Source of the DNA: Alphaproteobacteria bacterium
GTDB taxonomy: Bacteria; Pseudomonadota; Alphaproteobacteria; SP197
Assembly (NCBI GenBank): GCA_964291415.2
Contig: OZ219917.1
Coordinates: 256,001-320,000, forward strand
Length of the DNA: 64,000 nt
Direction: 5' to 3'
Below, in pieces: positions 19,616 to 29,619 of this stretch (position 1 is the first letter of the stretch; each line of letters begins with the position of its first letter). The notes beneath the pieces were generated by a model. It was not told where the DNA came from. It made no database searches and was given only the letters and a program-made list of their open reading frames with translations. A program made the translations under genes and the position numbers.

Positions 19616-21688
19616 ATGACCGAGCACCGTTTGCGTCCCCTTCTCAATCCCCGCTCGATCGCCGTGGTCGGCGCGTCCTCCAATCGCGAGTCCTTCGGCT
19701 GGACATCCTGGCGTGCCGTCCGCGAGATTGGCCATGCCGGCGATCTCTTTCTGGTCAATCCGCGCTACGACGACATCGACGGGGAGCGCTGCTATCCCGA
19801 CATCGCCTCCATCGGCCAGCCGGTCGAGCACGCGATGCTCAATGTCTCCAATCCCCGTCTCGAAAGGGTCTTCGACGAGGCGATCGCCGCCGGCGTGAAG
19901 GCGGTGACGATCTTCGCCTCGTGCTACCTGGCGGACGATGGCGATCCTCCCCTTCTCGAGCGTCTGAAGCGCAAGGCCCGCGAGGCCTCCCTTCTCGTGT
20001 GCGGCGGCAACGGGGCCGGGTTCGTCAACCGCCAGGAAAGGGTGCAGGTCACGCTGGCGGGAAGCCGTTCCAGTCTCGATGTCGGTCCGGTCACGCTGAT
20101 ATCGCAATCGGGCTCCGTCTATCTCGGCATGCTCCAGACTGACGGCCGGCTGGGTTTCAACCTCACGGTCACGTCGGGCCAGGAGATCGCCGTCACGGCG
20201 AGCGACTACATGGACTACGCGCTCGGGCTGGAATCGACGCGGGCGATCGGACTCGTTCTCGAGACCGTTCGCGATGCTGCCGGGTTCCGCGAGGCGGCCG
20301 ACAGGGCCCGGGAACGCGACGTTCCGGTGGTTGCGGTGAAGTTCGCGCGAACGCCGGAGAGCATCCGCATGGCCCGCACCCATTCCGGCGCGCTGGCCGG
20401 CAACGATGCCGCCTACGACGCGGTCTTCCGGCATCACGCCGTGCAGAGGGTCGACGACATCGATGCCCTGATCGCCACGCTGCAGATGGCCGTCCAGCCG
20501 AGGCGGTTCTGGCCGGGCGGCATCGTCGCCCTCACGGATTCAGGCGGCGAGCGGGAGCATCTGGTCGACCTCGCACACCGGCACAAGGTTCCCTTCGCTG
20601 CCATCTCGCAAGCCACGACCCGGCGCATGGAAGCCTGTCTCGATTACGGACTCGAGGCGACCAACCCGGTCGATGCCTGGGGAACCGGGAAGAACTTCGT
20701 GGAAACCTATACCGAATGCTGGGACGCTTTGATGTCGGATCCCGACACGGCCGGCGGCCTGTGGGTCGCCGACATCCGCGATTTCGATGTCTTCCGCAAA
20801 CCCTGCATCGAACCCGCCAGGATGATCGCGGAGCGCACCGGCAAGCCCATGTGCTTCGCCAACTGCGTGCCGGCCGCCGTCGTGCACGAGACGGCACGCG
20901 AACTCGCCGCGGCCGGCATACCGCTGATCGACGGACTCGACGCCGCGGTGACAGCCTTCTCGCGCATGCTGGCCCTGCGTGACCACCGGACCATGCGGCC
21001 GCCCAGTCCGCCACCCGATGCCGTCATCGCTCGCTGGCGCAGTCGCCTGGCCGCAGGCGGCGCCCTCGACGAGGCGGAGGGCCTGGCGCTCGCCCGTGAT
21101 TTCGGGTGCGCGACCACCCAACCGGTCATCGTGGAAACCGCGAGCGACGTGACGGAGGCGGCGGAGAGGTTGGACGGCCCGCTGGTTCTCAAGACGGCCA
21201 TGCCCGGACACCATCACAAGAGCGATGTCGACGGTGTGAGACTGGGGATCGTGGGCAAGACGGCCCTCCTCGATGCCTGGCAGGAGATGGCGTCGCGGCT
21301 GGGTCCCCGAGCCCTTGTCGCGCCCATGGCGCCTCCCGGGGTCGAGATGATGTTCGGTCTCGTTCACGACGAGACCTTCGGACCTCTGGTCCTGGTGGCG
21401 GCAGGCGGTGTCCTCGCCGAGGTCGTCGACGACAGCCTGCTTGCCGTTCCGCCCCTCGATGCGGAAGCGGCGCTCGATCTCATCGATGGATTGAGGGCGG
21501 GGCGCCTGCTCGACGGCGTGCGGGGCAGGCCTGCCAGCGATCGCAGGGCCCTTGCCGCGATGCTGGCCCGCTTTTCGGTGCTTGTTCACTGTCTCGGCGA
21601 CATGATTGCGGAACTCGATCTCAATCCGGTGATCGCCGGAGCCAACGGCGCCATCGCCGTCGATGCCCTCGTCGTGCCGAACGCCTGA
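19616..21688 (+). CDS. Acetate/acyl-CoA ligase (ADP-forming), fused alpha-beta subunits
   Basis: PRSIAVVGAS, SQSG, phosphorylatable THSGALAG, DSGG, NPVD, ATP-grasp HKSDVDGV, ELDLNPV. Confidence 0.9.
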   Translation: MTEHRLRPLLNPRSIAVVGASSNRESFGWTSWRAVREIGHAGDLFLVNPRYDDIDGERCYPDIASIGQPVEHAMLNVSNPRLERVFDEAIAAGVKAVTIFASCYLADDGDPPLLERLKRKAREASLLVCGGNGAGFVNRQERVQVTLAGSRSSLDVGPVTLISQSGSVYLGMLQTDGRLGFNLTVTSGQEIAVTASDYMDYALGLESTRAIGLVLETVRDAAGFREAADRARERDVPVVAVKFARTPESIRMARTHSGALAGNDAAYDAVFRHHAVQRVDDIDALIATLQMAVQPRRFWPGGIVALTDSGGEREHLVDLAHRHKVPFAAISQATTRRMEACLDYGLEATNPVDAWGTGKNFVETYTECWDALMSDPDTAGGLWVADIRDFDVFRKPCIEPARMIAERTGKPMCFANCVPAAVVHETARELAAAGIPLIDGLDAAVTAFSRMLALRDHRTMRPPSPPPDAVIARWRSRLAAGGALDEAEGLALARDFGCATTQPVIVETASDVTEAAERLDGPLVLKTAMPGHHHKSDVDGVRLGIVGKTALLDAWQEMASRLGPRALVAPMAPPGVEMMFGLVHDETFGPLVLVAAGGVLAEVVDDSLLAVPPLDAEAALDLIDGLRAGRLLDGVRGRPASDRRALAAMLARFSVLVHCLGDMIAELDLNPVIAGANGAIAVDALVVPNA

Positions 21689-21689
21689 T
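21562..21689 (+). repeat. Direct repeat, left copy (intact 3' end of the acyl-CoA ligase gene)
   Basis: Matches 36217-36323 with 7 substitutions and a 21-bp deletion in the right copy. Confidence 0.9.
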
Positions 21690-22271
21690 CGGGCGAGCAT
21701 CAACCGGATCGCCGACTGTCAGGCCGACATGTCGACAATGGCGGCGATGAGCGCCAGCCGCGGCTTCTCCACGGCCGCCCTCCCAGTTCGGACCGGATGG
21801 CGCTGAACAGCCGTTTGGACTGAGCCGGAGCATTGTACCGAGGGCTTCGGCATGTGGCCGCGCGACGAAACCTCCGATTGAGAAGCGCACCTGCACCTTG
21901 AAACGGACCTGATTCTCTCTGCGAACCCCGGCGGCACCAGGAACAAGCCATCCGCCTCTTCGAGATCACAAGAAAAACGTCATGGGTGTCTCGTCGAACG
22001 AGAGGAAGACGATGATCAGTGGACTGCCGAGGATGGCCGGCTAGACGTTGGGTAAAGTGACCAAAAAGAAGGTGTCCGCAAGCCTGACGCCAAGATTTGC
22101 CGAAGCCTCTTCAAAACGTCGACTGAAGCTCTCGTTGTACCCATGGTCAACGAAGGACCATCGTGACGGAAGACGGCGGACCTGGCGTACTCACCAAAAC
22201 GGGTGACGCAACACGCGATCCGCATCAATGCCCATGCATCCGACGGATACGTCACCCGCAAGAAGCACTCA

Positions 22272-22301
22272 TTGACAAGATAACATGCGGAAGTATATCC
22301 T
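22272..22301 (+). promoter_or_regulatory. Candidate sigma70 promoter for the ABC operon
   Basis: Perfect TTGACA at 22272 with TATATC/TATCCT 16-18 bp downstream, about 100 bp before the start codon. Confidence 0.5.
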
Positions 22302-22397
22302 AAAATTCCTCTTTGGTACAGAGCTTGATGTTGCTTAGCAGACTCGTTGTTGAGCTTAGCTACGTTTAGTCAGTGTTCTACTCAGGGAGGTAAGACC

Positions 22398-23573
22398 ATG
22401 AAAACCAATAAGTCCGTGCCTGCGTCGACGATCACAGTCTACGACTCAGGCCTCATTCGCCTACGTCAATATGGTCCACTGTCACGTCGATCATTCGGAT
22501 ACAGTCTCGCAGGTGCGGGCGCTGCTGCCATGCTTGGTTTGCCGGGCACAAGTGCTGTGGCTGACGCAAACGTGGCCTACATGGGTTGGCAGGACTACGA
22601 CACCGGACTCAATGTTGACGGTTGGCTCGAGACCAATGGAATAACACTCGAACCGACGTACATTGGCACCAATGAGGAGATTATCGCAGCCGGCACCGCC
22701 GGCGGTGTCGGGACCTTGGATCTTTGTACGCCTGCAGTCATTTACCTCGACATCTATGAACAGGCCGACATACTCGAGCCGCTGGATCTTGGCCGAATTC
22801 CGAATTGGGATCTCTTGTTCCCCGAGCTGCGGGAACTCATCAACGTACGAAGTGACAACACGGTTCTTGCCTTGCCATTCCAGTGGGGCGACGTGCCCCT
22901 GATGTACAACGCGGAAGTCATTACCGAACCACCAGCTTCGTGGAACGATCTCACGAAGCCGGAATATGTCGGAAAGACGGCGTTGGTCTACGACGTTATG
23001 GGCATCATGGTCCATACGCCGATGTTCGTGACGGGCACCAGGACACCTACGTTGCTATCGCATGACGAACTCGATGCCACCATCGACTGGTTGATCAAGT
23101 TCAAGAAGGAGCATGCGCTCACCATTTGCAACACTTACGGTGACCTGGCCGCGCTCTTCGCATCCGGGGAAGTGCTCATCGCACCGGCCTGGACGCCGAC
23201 GGTAACCTGGGCCGGAGCGGATGCCCCCGACCTTAAGTGGGTGGCGCCTGAAGAAGGCATGCTCGTGTTCTCGGATGTCTTCTCGATGTTCAAGGACGCA
23301 CCGAACAAGGACCTGAACTATGAGATCCTGAATCACTCGTTGTCACCGGAGGTGCAGGCCCATACCGCAAACCTCATCATGACGGCCGTGACGGTAGAGG
23401 ACGCCGTGCCCTTGCTCGATGATCTGCCACGCAGCTTGTACAAGTACGACAACATCGCTGAGTGGTTTGAGACGTCGGGTGGACCGTTTCCGGGATGGCC
23501 GCTGGATCCGCCGGAGGGCACGGCGAGTTTCCATGAAATTCTGGAAGGTTGGGAACGGTTCGTAAGCGCCTAG
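22398..23573 (+). CDS. PotD/PotF-family ABC substrate-binding protein (Tat signal)
   Basis: LSRRSFG twin-arginine motif, GWQDY, LPFQWG, PPASWNDL, PEEG; GGAGG RBS. Confidence 0.88.
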   Translation: MKTNKSVPASTITVYDSGLIRLRQYGPLSRRSFGYSLAGAGAAAMLGLPGTSAVADANVAYMGWQDYDTGLNVDGWLETNGITLEPTYIGTNEEIIAAGTAGGVGTLDLCTPAVIYLDIYEQADILEPLDLGRIPNWDLLFPELRELINVRSDNTVLALPFQWGDVPLMYNAEVITEPPASWNDLTKPEYVGKTALVYDVMGIMVHTPMFVTGTRTPTLLSHDELDATIDWLIKFKKEHALTICNTYGDLAALFASGEVLIAPAWTPTVTWAGADAPDLKWVAPEEGMLVFSDVFSMFKDAPNKDLNYEILNHSLSPEVQAHTANLIMTAVTVEDAVPLLDDLPRSLYKYDNIAEWFETSGGPFPGWPLDPPEGTASFHEILEGWERFVSA

Positions 23574-23693
23574 CTGTTTCCCGAAGAATATCGGGCGGAC
23601 CGGTGCCGCGTCCGCTTGTGATGCTGATGAATCAGGTGCCATGAGGGCGGGGTTCCGTCGCAGGAACGGATCCCCGCGGGGGAGATTTCGAGG

Positions 23694-24755
23694 TTGGGTC
23701 ACCCGCTAGTTCGCCTGGACGGAGTTTCCAAGGCATATGGAGACGTTGTTGCGGTTCGTCCGCTCACTCTCGATATTTTTCGCGGCGACTTCATTGCGAT
23801 TCTTGGACCTTCGGGATGTGGCAAGACAACTCTGTTGAACATGCTGGCAGGCTTTGTCCTTCCCGATAGCGGCCGTATTGAAATTGACGGCAGGGACGTT
23901 TCCCACGTCGGCCCCGACCGGCGGCCCACGAACATGGTGTTTCAGGGTTACGCCCTTTTCCCGCACATGACGGTGCGCCAGAACATTGCCTATGGCCTCC
24001 GCATCCGGAACCACCCGAAGCAGGAAATTGATGAGCGTGTCGGGGAAATGGTCGATCTGGTGCACCTTGGGGGGCTTGAACGGCGGACCGTCACGGAAAT
24101 CTCCGGAGGGCAACAGCAGCGCGTTGCGCTGGCCAGAGCTCTCATAATGCGTCCAGATGTCCTGTTGCTGGACGAACCCCTCGCAGCGCTGGATCTGAAG
24201 CTTCGGAACTCCATGCAACAGGAGCTGCGCCGCATCCACCGATCCATTGGCGGCACGTTCGTGTTTGTGACTCACGATCAGAACGAGGCAATGGGTCTGG
24301 CAAATCGCATTGCGGTCATGAGAGACGGCGTTTTGGTCCAGGAAGGAAGTCCCGAGGAAATCTACTCGACACCCAGGACACAATTTGTCTCGAATTTTGT
24401 CGGTGAAGCGAATGTCTTGCCGGGACGCCGGGCGTCAGGAGTTGTCGTCCTGGACGCCGGAACCGCCTTTCCCTCCAAAGGAACCGACGGGACGGTCGTG
24501 ACCGTCGTCCGCCCCGAGGCGATGTCGCTGACGAAGCCCGACGGTGCTCCGACCGTGGACGGCAACGTCGTGATGCAAGGAATGGTCCGCGATGCGGTCT
24601 TTCTCGGCTCGAGAATGAAGTACGTCGTCGAGGTGCCAGACAACACCATCACAGTCTATGCGCCGCCATCGGGCCGGAGCGATCGCTTCGCGATGGGCAG
24701 CAAGGTTGATGTGGTCTGGAACATGGTCGATCAGCGCGTGCTGGATACCGGATGA
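23694..24755 (+). CDS. PotA-like ABC ATP-binding protein
   Basis: GPSGCGKT, FQGYALFPHM, ISGGQQQR, LLDEP, C-terminal TOBE domain. Confidence 0.93.
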   Translation: MGHPLVRLDGVSKAYGDVVAVRPLTLDIFRGDFIAILGPSGCGKTTLLNMLAGFVLPDSGRIEIDGRDVSHVGPDRRPTNMVFQGYALFPHMTVRQNIAYGLRIRNHPKQEIDERVGEMVDLVHLGGLERRTVTEISGGQQQRVALARALIMRPDVLLLDEPLAALDLKLRNSMQQELRRIHRSIGGTFVFVTHDQNEAMGLANRIAVMRDGVLVQEGSPEEIYSTPRTQFVSNFVGEANVLPGRRASGVVVLDAGTAFPSKGTDGTVVTVVRPEAMSLTKPDGAPTVDGNVVMQGMVRDAVFLGSRMKYVVEVPDNTITVYAPPSGRSDRFAMGSKVDVVWNMVDQRVLDTG

Positions 24756-25597
24756 GCCCGGCCAGTCGATCTCGAGGGTGGCTGGCCCTGCCCTATCTGA
24801 CAGTGTATCTCCTGGTTTTCGTCGCGCCCCTGCTCTACTTCTTTGTGATCAGCTTCTGGCGTGTGCGTCTGTTCCGTCTGGTGCCCGATGCATCCTTGGC
24901 CAACTATGCAAAGACGCTGCAGGCTCACTCGGTATCCCTCATCTTCACGTTTGAGATCGCGTTCACGATCGCGGTGATCGTCACAGCCTTGGCATTCATC
25001 TTCGCGTACGTGGTCCGTTTCAAGGCGGGAAGGTATGGAACACCGTTGCTCTTTGTCGTCCTGATTGCCCTGTTTGGTGGCTATCTCACCAAGATCTATG
25101 TGTGGAAGACCATCCTCGGACAAGCCGGCGTCATCAATTCGGCATTGGGGCTCCTCGGCATTGTCAACGAGCCGATTACCTTCTTGCTCTACAACCCGGT
25201 TGCCGTTGTCATCACCTTGAGCCATTACACCCTGCCCCTGGCGATCCTTCCCATCTACGGAGCGCTTCGATCCATAGAGGATATGCCTTTGCGAGCCGCT
25301 CGCGATCTGGGGGCGAGTCGATTTCGCGTGGTTTGGGATGTTGTGTTGCCGCAATGCCGCGTCGGCATTCTGATCGCCTTTTCTCTCTCCCTCATTTTCT
25401 CGGCTGGTGATTTCGTGACACCTCTGCTCATCGGCGGCCCCTACACATCCATGATCGGGAAACTGATTCAGCTGCAGTTTGGATTCCATGGCGACGCGGC
25501 GATGGGATCGGCGATGGCTTTTACCGTTATCGGAATGTGCCTGGTTGTGATCCTTGTGATTGGCACGTTGATCTTCTCGGTGTTTCGTGTGCGATGA
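24752..25597 (+). CDS. PotB-like ABC permease
   Basis: Multiple TM helices, AARDLGA EAA loop, ATGA overlap. Confidence 0.9.
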   Translation: MSPASRSRGWLALPYLTVYLLVFVAPLLYFFVISFWRVRLFRLVPDASLANYAKTLQAHSVSLIFTFEIAFTIAVIVTALAFIFAYVVRFKAGRYGTPLLFVVLIALFGGYLTKIYVWKTILGQAGVINSALGLLGIVNEPITFLLYNPVAVVITLSHYTLPLAILPIYGALRSIEDMPLRAARDLGASRFRVVWDVVLPQCRVGILIAFSLSLIFSAGDFVTPLLIGGPYTSMIGKLIQLQFGFHGDAAMGSAMAFTVIGMCLVVILVIGTLIFSVFRVR

Positions 25598-26370
25598 GCG
25601 ATCTTCCCACAACGTTCCTTCGATTGTTCGCCGTTGTCATCGTGGTGTTCATGCTCACACCGCTGCTGGTGCTTGTACTATTCTGCTTCAGCGAACGATC
25701 ATTGGTGACCTTTCCCATCACCGGTTTCACTCTTGATTGGTTTGCAAAGCTGTTCGAGAGACCAGCTTTCTGGGACGCGCTACAAAACAGCCTGATCGTC
25801 ACCGGTACGGTGGGGGTCGTATCCACCCTGCTTGGCACAAGCGCAGCCATGGTACTGGCTCGAATCCGCTCCAGATACGTCGGACCAATCATGCTCCTCA
25901 TCATGTTGCCGATCATGTTGCCACCGTTGGTCCTCGGTGTTGCTCTCCTGACCTATTTCAGCACCGTGGAAGTCAGGCTGGGACTGTTCACCGTGATCCT
26001 GGCCCATATCGTGTTTACACAGCCATTTGTGATTCTCATCGTTCAGGCTCGAATGATCGGATTTGACTATAGAATCGTACACAGCGCCCGCGACCTTGGT
26101 GCGTCTCACTTTAAGGCCTTCGTGACGGTGACATTTCCAATCATTCGTCCAACTATCATCGGAGCAGCAATGGTCGCGATGGCTTTGTCGGTGGACGATT
26201 TCATCGTCACGTTCTTCACGATCGGTGGCGGCAATACCTTGCCGACATTTCTGTGGGGAATGCTCAGAATGGGCGTCAACCCGACGATCAACATCGTGGC
26301 GATGCTGATCATGCTCCTGACCGTCATCGTAAGCTTGGTGGCGCTTCGCGTCACGCGGTGGCGTGGCTAG
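25594..26370 (+). CDS. PotC-like ABC permease
   Basis: GFTLDWF, SARDLGA, SVDDF, TLP; ATGA overlap. Confidence 0.9.
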   Translation: MSDLPTTFLRLFAVVIVVFMLTPLLVLVLFCFSERSLVTFPITGFTLDWFAKLFERPAFWDALQNSLIVTGTVGVVSTLLGTSAAMVLARIRSRYVGPIMLLIMLPIMLPPLVLGVALLTYFSTVEVRLGLFTVILAHIVFTQPFVILIVQARMIGFDYRIVHSARDLGASHFKAFVTVTFPIIRPTIIGAAMVAMALSVDDFIVTFFTIGGGNTLPTFLWGMLRMGVNPTINIVAMLIMLLTVIVSLVALRVTRWRG

Positions 26371-26404
26371 GGCGATGTCCCGTCAAGCTGGATCTGATCC
26401 GGCA

Positions 26405-26511
26405 GCATGACACCGTTGGGGCGGCCCGGGATTACGGAAGTCTGTGACAGGGAATCCAAGCAGAGGACGTTCGTCAGTTCGTCGATCGCAATCCGTCGGT
26501 TGTCAGCCGGA
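26405..26511 (-). repeat. Diverged 107-bp fragment of the molybdoprotein large-subunit gene (homologous to 27181-27287)
   Basis: 95/107 identical by hand alignment: PADNRRIAIDELTNVLCLDSLSQTSVIPGRPNGVM versus PADNRRIAIDEMMNVLCSDSLSQTSVITGRPNGVM. Confidence 0.9.
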
Positions 26512-26692
26512 CCGTTCGCCTTACTCCCCAACGAGAACGCTACCACGCGCCTGGTCGACGCAATCCCGTGACCGGGTCCGGTGCCCGTCAATTCCTGGTT
26601 CCGCGGCCGCCAAGGGGCGCAGGCATGCCCCGTTCACATGTTCACTGCGGGCAATCCGCTTGGAAGACCGTGCTCCGTCTCCTTCGGTAGCG

Positions 26693-29071
26693 TCAGGACG
26701 CCATGGCTTTCGGTCCCGCATTCTCATTGATCGCCCGCATCACGGCTTCGGGCGTCATCGGGACATCCACCCAGACGCCGATGGCGTTGTGCACCGCTTG
26801 ACAGATTGCCGGTCCGGCTGCGGCCGCTGGCGATTCACCGGCGCCTCGTGCACCGAACGGTCCGACCGGATCCTGTGACTCGACAAAGAACACTTCAACG
26901 TCGGACGGAAAATCACCGGTACGCAGGAGCTTGTAATCGAGCAGGCTGTCATTCAGAACGCGGCCGTCGCTCGGGTCGAACTCCATGCCTTCGTAGAGGA
27001 CAAAGCCGGCGCCGCAGATCGCCCCGCCTATGACCTGGTTCTTCAGCACCTTGGGATTCATGACGGTACCGCTGTCCTGGCCGGCGAGATAGTCCGTGAT
27101 TCTGATTTCCCCGGTCCCGACGTCGACCTCGACTTCGGCAAACTGCGCGGCCCACTGGCGCGCAAAGGCGATGGTCGGCGGCATGACACCATTGGGTCGG
27201 CCCGTGATCACTGAAGTTTGTGACAGGGAATCCGAGCAGAGGACGTTCATCATTTCGTCGATCGCGATTCGACGGTTGTCAGCCGGATCGTCCGCCATGT
27301 GGATGATGCCGTCCTCGATATCGAGCTTCTCGAAGTCAGCTCCATCGAAGAACTCCCTGGCGGCAATCTTCAGCAGCTGGGTCTTGGCATCCCGGCATGC
27401 TTCTCTTGTCGCCCATCCGGTCCGGAACATGGTGGTGCTGGCAGATGAACCCGAAGCCCACGGCACGACATACGTGTCCCCCGTGACAATGCTGACCTTT
27501 TCCACGGGAACACCCATCTCCTCGGCGGCCACCTGGACAAGGGTCGTCTCGCTGCCCTGGCCCTGGCGTCCGGCGGCACTGAAGACATTGACGCTGCCAT
27601 CGTGATTCACGCGTACAACCGATGACGTGTTGCCACCGAACTCGACACCGCAACAGTGAGCACCGGTGCCGACCCCGACACCCCGGCGCTTTGAACCGTT
27701 CACCCGGGTCGGGACACCCCAGCCTTTCCAGCGCTCGCGCCAGCGGAACTTCTCCGCACCCTGGAGAAGAAGTTCATGGGTGGAGCCGCTGGAGAGATGG
27801 AACATTTTCGGCCAATTGCCTGTTTGTTCCTCGGTCAGGCCTTCGATGTAGTCGGTCAGATTGCCTTTCATGTGTTGCCGCGGTTCCTGCATCCGCAACT
27901 GCTGACCGGACTTGATCTGGTTCTTGATGCGGAACTCGAGGGGATCCATGTTCACCTTCTGCGCACACTTGTCGGCGAGACGCTCGACCGCCAGACCCAT
28001 CGTGATATCGCCGACAGCGCGCATGCATCCCGAGGTCACGAGGTTCGTATTGACTCCGCGTACGCGGTAGTCTCCGTTCCTGGCTCCTCCCCAGAGGTCG
28101 CAGCAGAAAAAGTAGACGTCCGTCTTGAAACCGTAGGCGCCGTTGTCCATCAGGTGGGAGAAATCGGCCATGGTCAGCGTGCCGTCCTTCGTGACGCCCA
28201 TGCGCCCGCGCGTGATCTCGATGTGGCGGCGCTTCACGGCGGCCATGCACTCCTGGCTCGTCAACTCGATCTTGACCGGCCTGCGTGCCTTCCTGGCGAG
28301 AAGGGCCGTCACCATCATGAAGTTGTTGCTCCACCACAGTCCGAACGAGCAACCAGAGGGAAGGGCCACAACCCGAACATTGCTCATCGGGATTCCGAAA
28401 GCCTGATGAATGCCCGTTTGCAGTTCCGACGGTGTTTGTGACGAGGTCCACATGGTCACCTGGTCCCCGTCCCAACTGCAGATGCAGGCATTGCGCCCTA
28501 TGCCCGCATAGTTCTGGGCCTTGTAACGCATCTCCTGATCGATGACGTAATCGGCCTCTCTCTCGCCATCGTCGAGGTCACCCCAGACCACGCGGTACTC
28601 GTCACGCACATTGCCCTCTTCGCGAACCTGTGGCGCGTCGTCGCGAAGCGCCTTTTCCACATCGAGAACGGCGGGCAGGGGCTCGTACTCGACGTCGATC
28701 AGATCAAGGGCGGCATCGGCAATCTCCACCGACGTCGCGGCGACCGCCGCGACCTCGTCCCCGACGAATCGCGAGACACCATCGAGGATCTGGCCCCGGT
28801 AGTTGTCCCAGACTCCCATCCAGTTGAGGCCGGGAGCATCCTCGTGGGTCACCACGCCGAGAACACCCGGCAAGGCCAGGGCCCTGGTGGCGTCGATGCG
28901 CTTTATCCGGGCATGGGGCACGGTGCTGCGCTTGATCTTGCCGTGCACCATCCGGGGGAGAATGAAATCGACCCCGTACTCGAGTGAGCCGGTCACCTTT
29001 TCGCGGGCATCTATGACAGGGATGCCCTGACCTACGATCTTGAACTTCTTGGGCTTGTGAAGAACGTTCAT
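26693..29071 (-). CDS. Xanthine dehydrogenase-family molybdopterin-binding large subunit
   Basis: DAREKVTG, RSTVPHARI, GQGSET, NQVIGG, GPFGARGAGE (catalytic Glu). Confidence 0.92.
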   Translation of the reverse strand: MNVLHKPKKFKIVGQGIPVIDAREKVTGSLEYGVDFILPRMVHGKIKRSTVPHARIKRIDATRALALPGVLGVVTHEDAPGLNWMGVWDNYRGQILDGVSRFVGDEVAAVAATSVEIADAALDLIDVEYEPLPAVLDVEKALRDDAPQVREEGNVRDEYRVVWGDLDDGEREADYVIDQEMRYKAQNYAGIGRNACICSWDGDQVTMWTSSQTPSELQTGIHQAFGIPMSNVRVVALPSGCSFGLWWSNNFMMVTALLARKARRPVKIELTSQECMAAVKRRHIEITRGRMGVTKDGTLTMADFSHLMDNGAYGFKTDVYFFCCDLWGGARNGDYRVRGVNTNLVTSGCMRAVGDITMGLAVERLADKCAQKVNMDPLEFRIKNQIKSGQQLRMQEPRQHMKGNLTDYIEGLTEEQTGNWPKMFHLSSGSTHELLLQGAEKFRWRERWKGWGVPTRVNGSKRRGVGVGTGAHCCGVEFGGNTSSVVRVNHDGSVNVFSAAGRQGQGSETTLVQVAAEEMGVPVEKVSIVTGDTYVVPWASGSSASTTMFRTGWATREACRDAKTQLLKIAAREFFDGADFEKLDIEDGIIHMADDPADNRRIAIDEMMNVLCSDSLSQTSVITGRPNGVMPPTIAFARQWAAQFAEVEVDVGTGEIRITDYLAGQDSGTVMNPKVLKNQVIGGAICGAGFVLYEGMEFDPSDGRVLNDSLLDYKLLRTGDFPSDVEVFFVESQDPVGPFGARGAGESPAAAAGPAICQAVHNAIGVWVDVPMTPEAVMRAINENAGPKAMAS

Positions 29072-29112
29072 GTCACCAACTCCCGTTCGAGTGGTCTTGG
29101 TTCAGGTGCACG

Positions 29113-29619
29113 CTAGGCGGAGGCCACGGTCGAGCCCGTTGTTCGCTTCGATTCCTGTCGATGCTGCATTCTTTCGGCGGCGTTCATGACGGACTTGACG
29201 ATGTAGGGATGGGCTCCGCAACGGCAGATGTTGCCGCTCATGGCCATGGAGGCCTCTTCCTCGGTGGGATTCGGGTTCTCATCGAGAAAGGCCTTGGCCA
29301 TCATGATGAAACCGGGGGTACAGAACCCGCACTGAAATCCCTGCTCTTCAACGAATGCCTCCTGGATGGGGTGCAGTTCGTCGTGCGTCCCGATGCCTTC
29401 GATGGTGGTAATCTCGTGTCGCTCGCCCTGCAGCGCCAACATCAGGCATGCCGTCACCGGGACTCCATCGACCAGGATCGTACAGGATCCGCACTCGCCC
29501 TCCGCGCAGGAGACCTTGACTCCGATGAGACCGAGCTGATTGCGCAATACGTCCGAAAGGGTCTCGTGTGCCTTGATGTCGACATCGAAAGACTGGCCGT
29601 TGACGTTCAATCTGCTCAT
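29113..29619 (-). CDS. Xanthine dehydrogenase-family [2Fe-2S] small subunit
   Basis: CAEGECGSCT, QCGFCTPG, GNICRC; TGATG coupling to the upstream gene. Confidence 0.93.
   Translation of the reverse strand: MSRLNVNGQSFDVDIKAHETLSDVLRNQLGLIGVKVSCAEGECGSCTILVDGVPVTACLMLALQGERHEITTIEGIGTHDELHPIQEAFVEEQGFQCGFCTPGFIMMAKAFLDENPNPTEEEASMAMSGNICRCGAHPYIVKSVMNAAERMQHRQESKRTTGSTVASA

Noticed and set aside
21700-22260. Integrase or transposase at the island's left edge
   Set aside because: No tyrosine or serine recombinase motif and no DDE motif was recognisable; only a faint EGVRKPD HAD-like trace, too weak to call.
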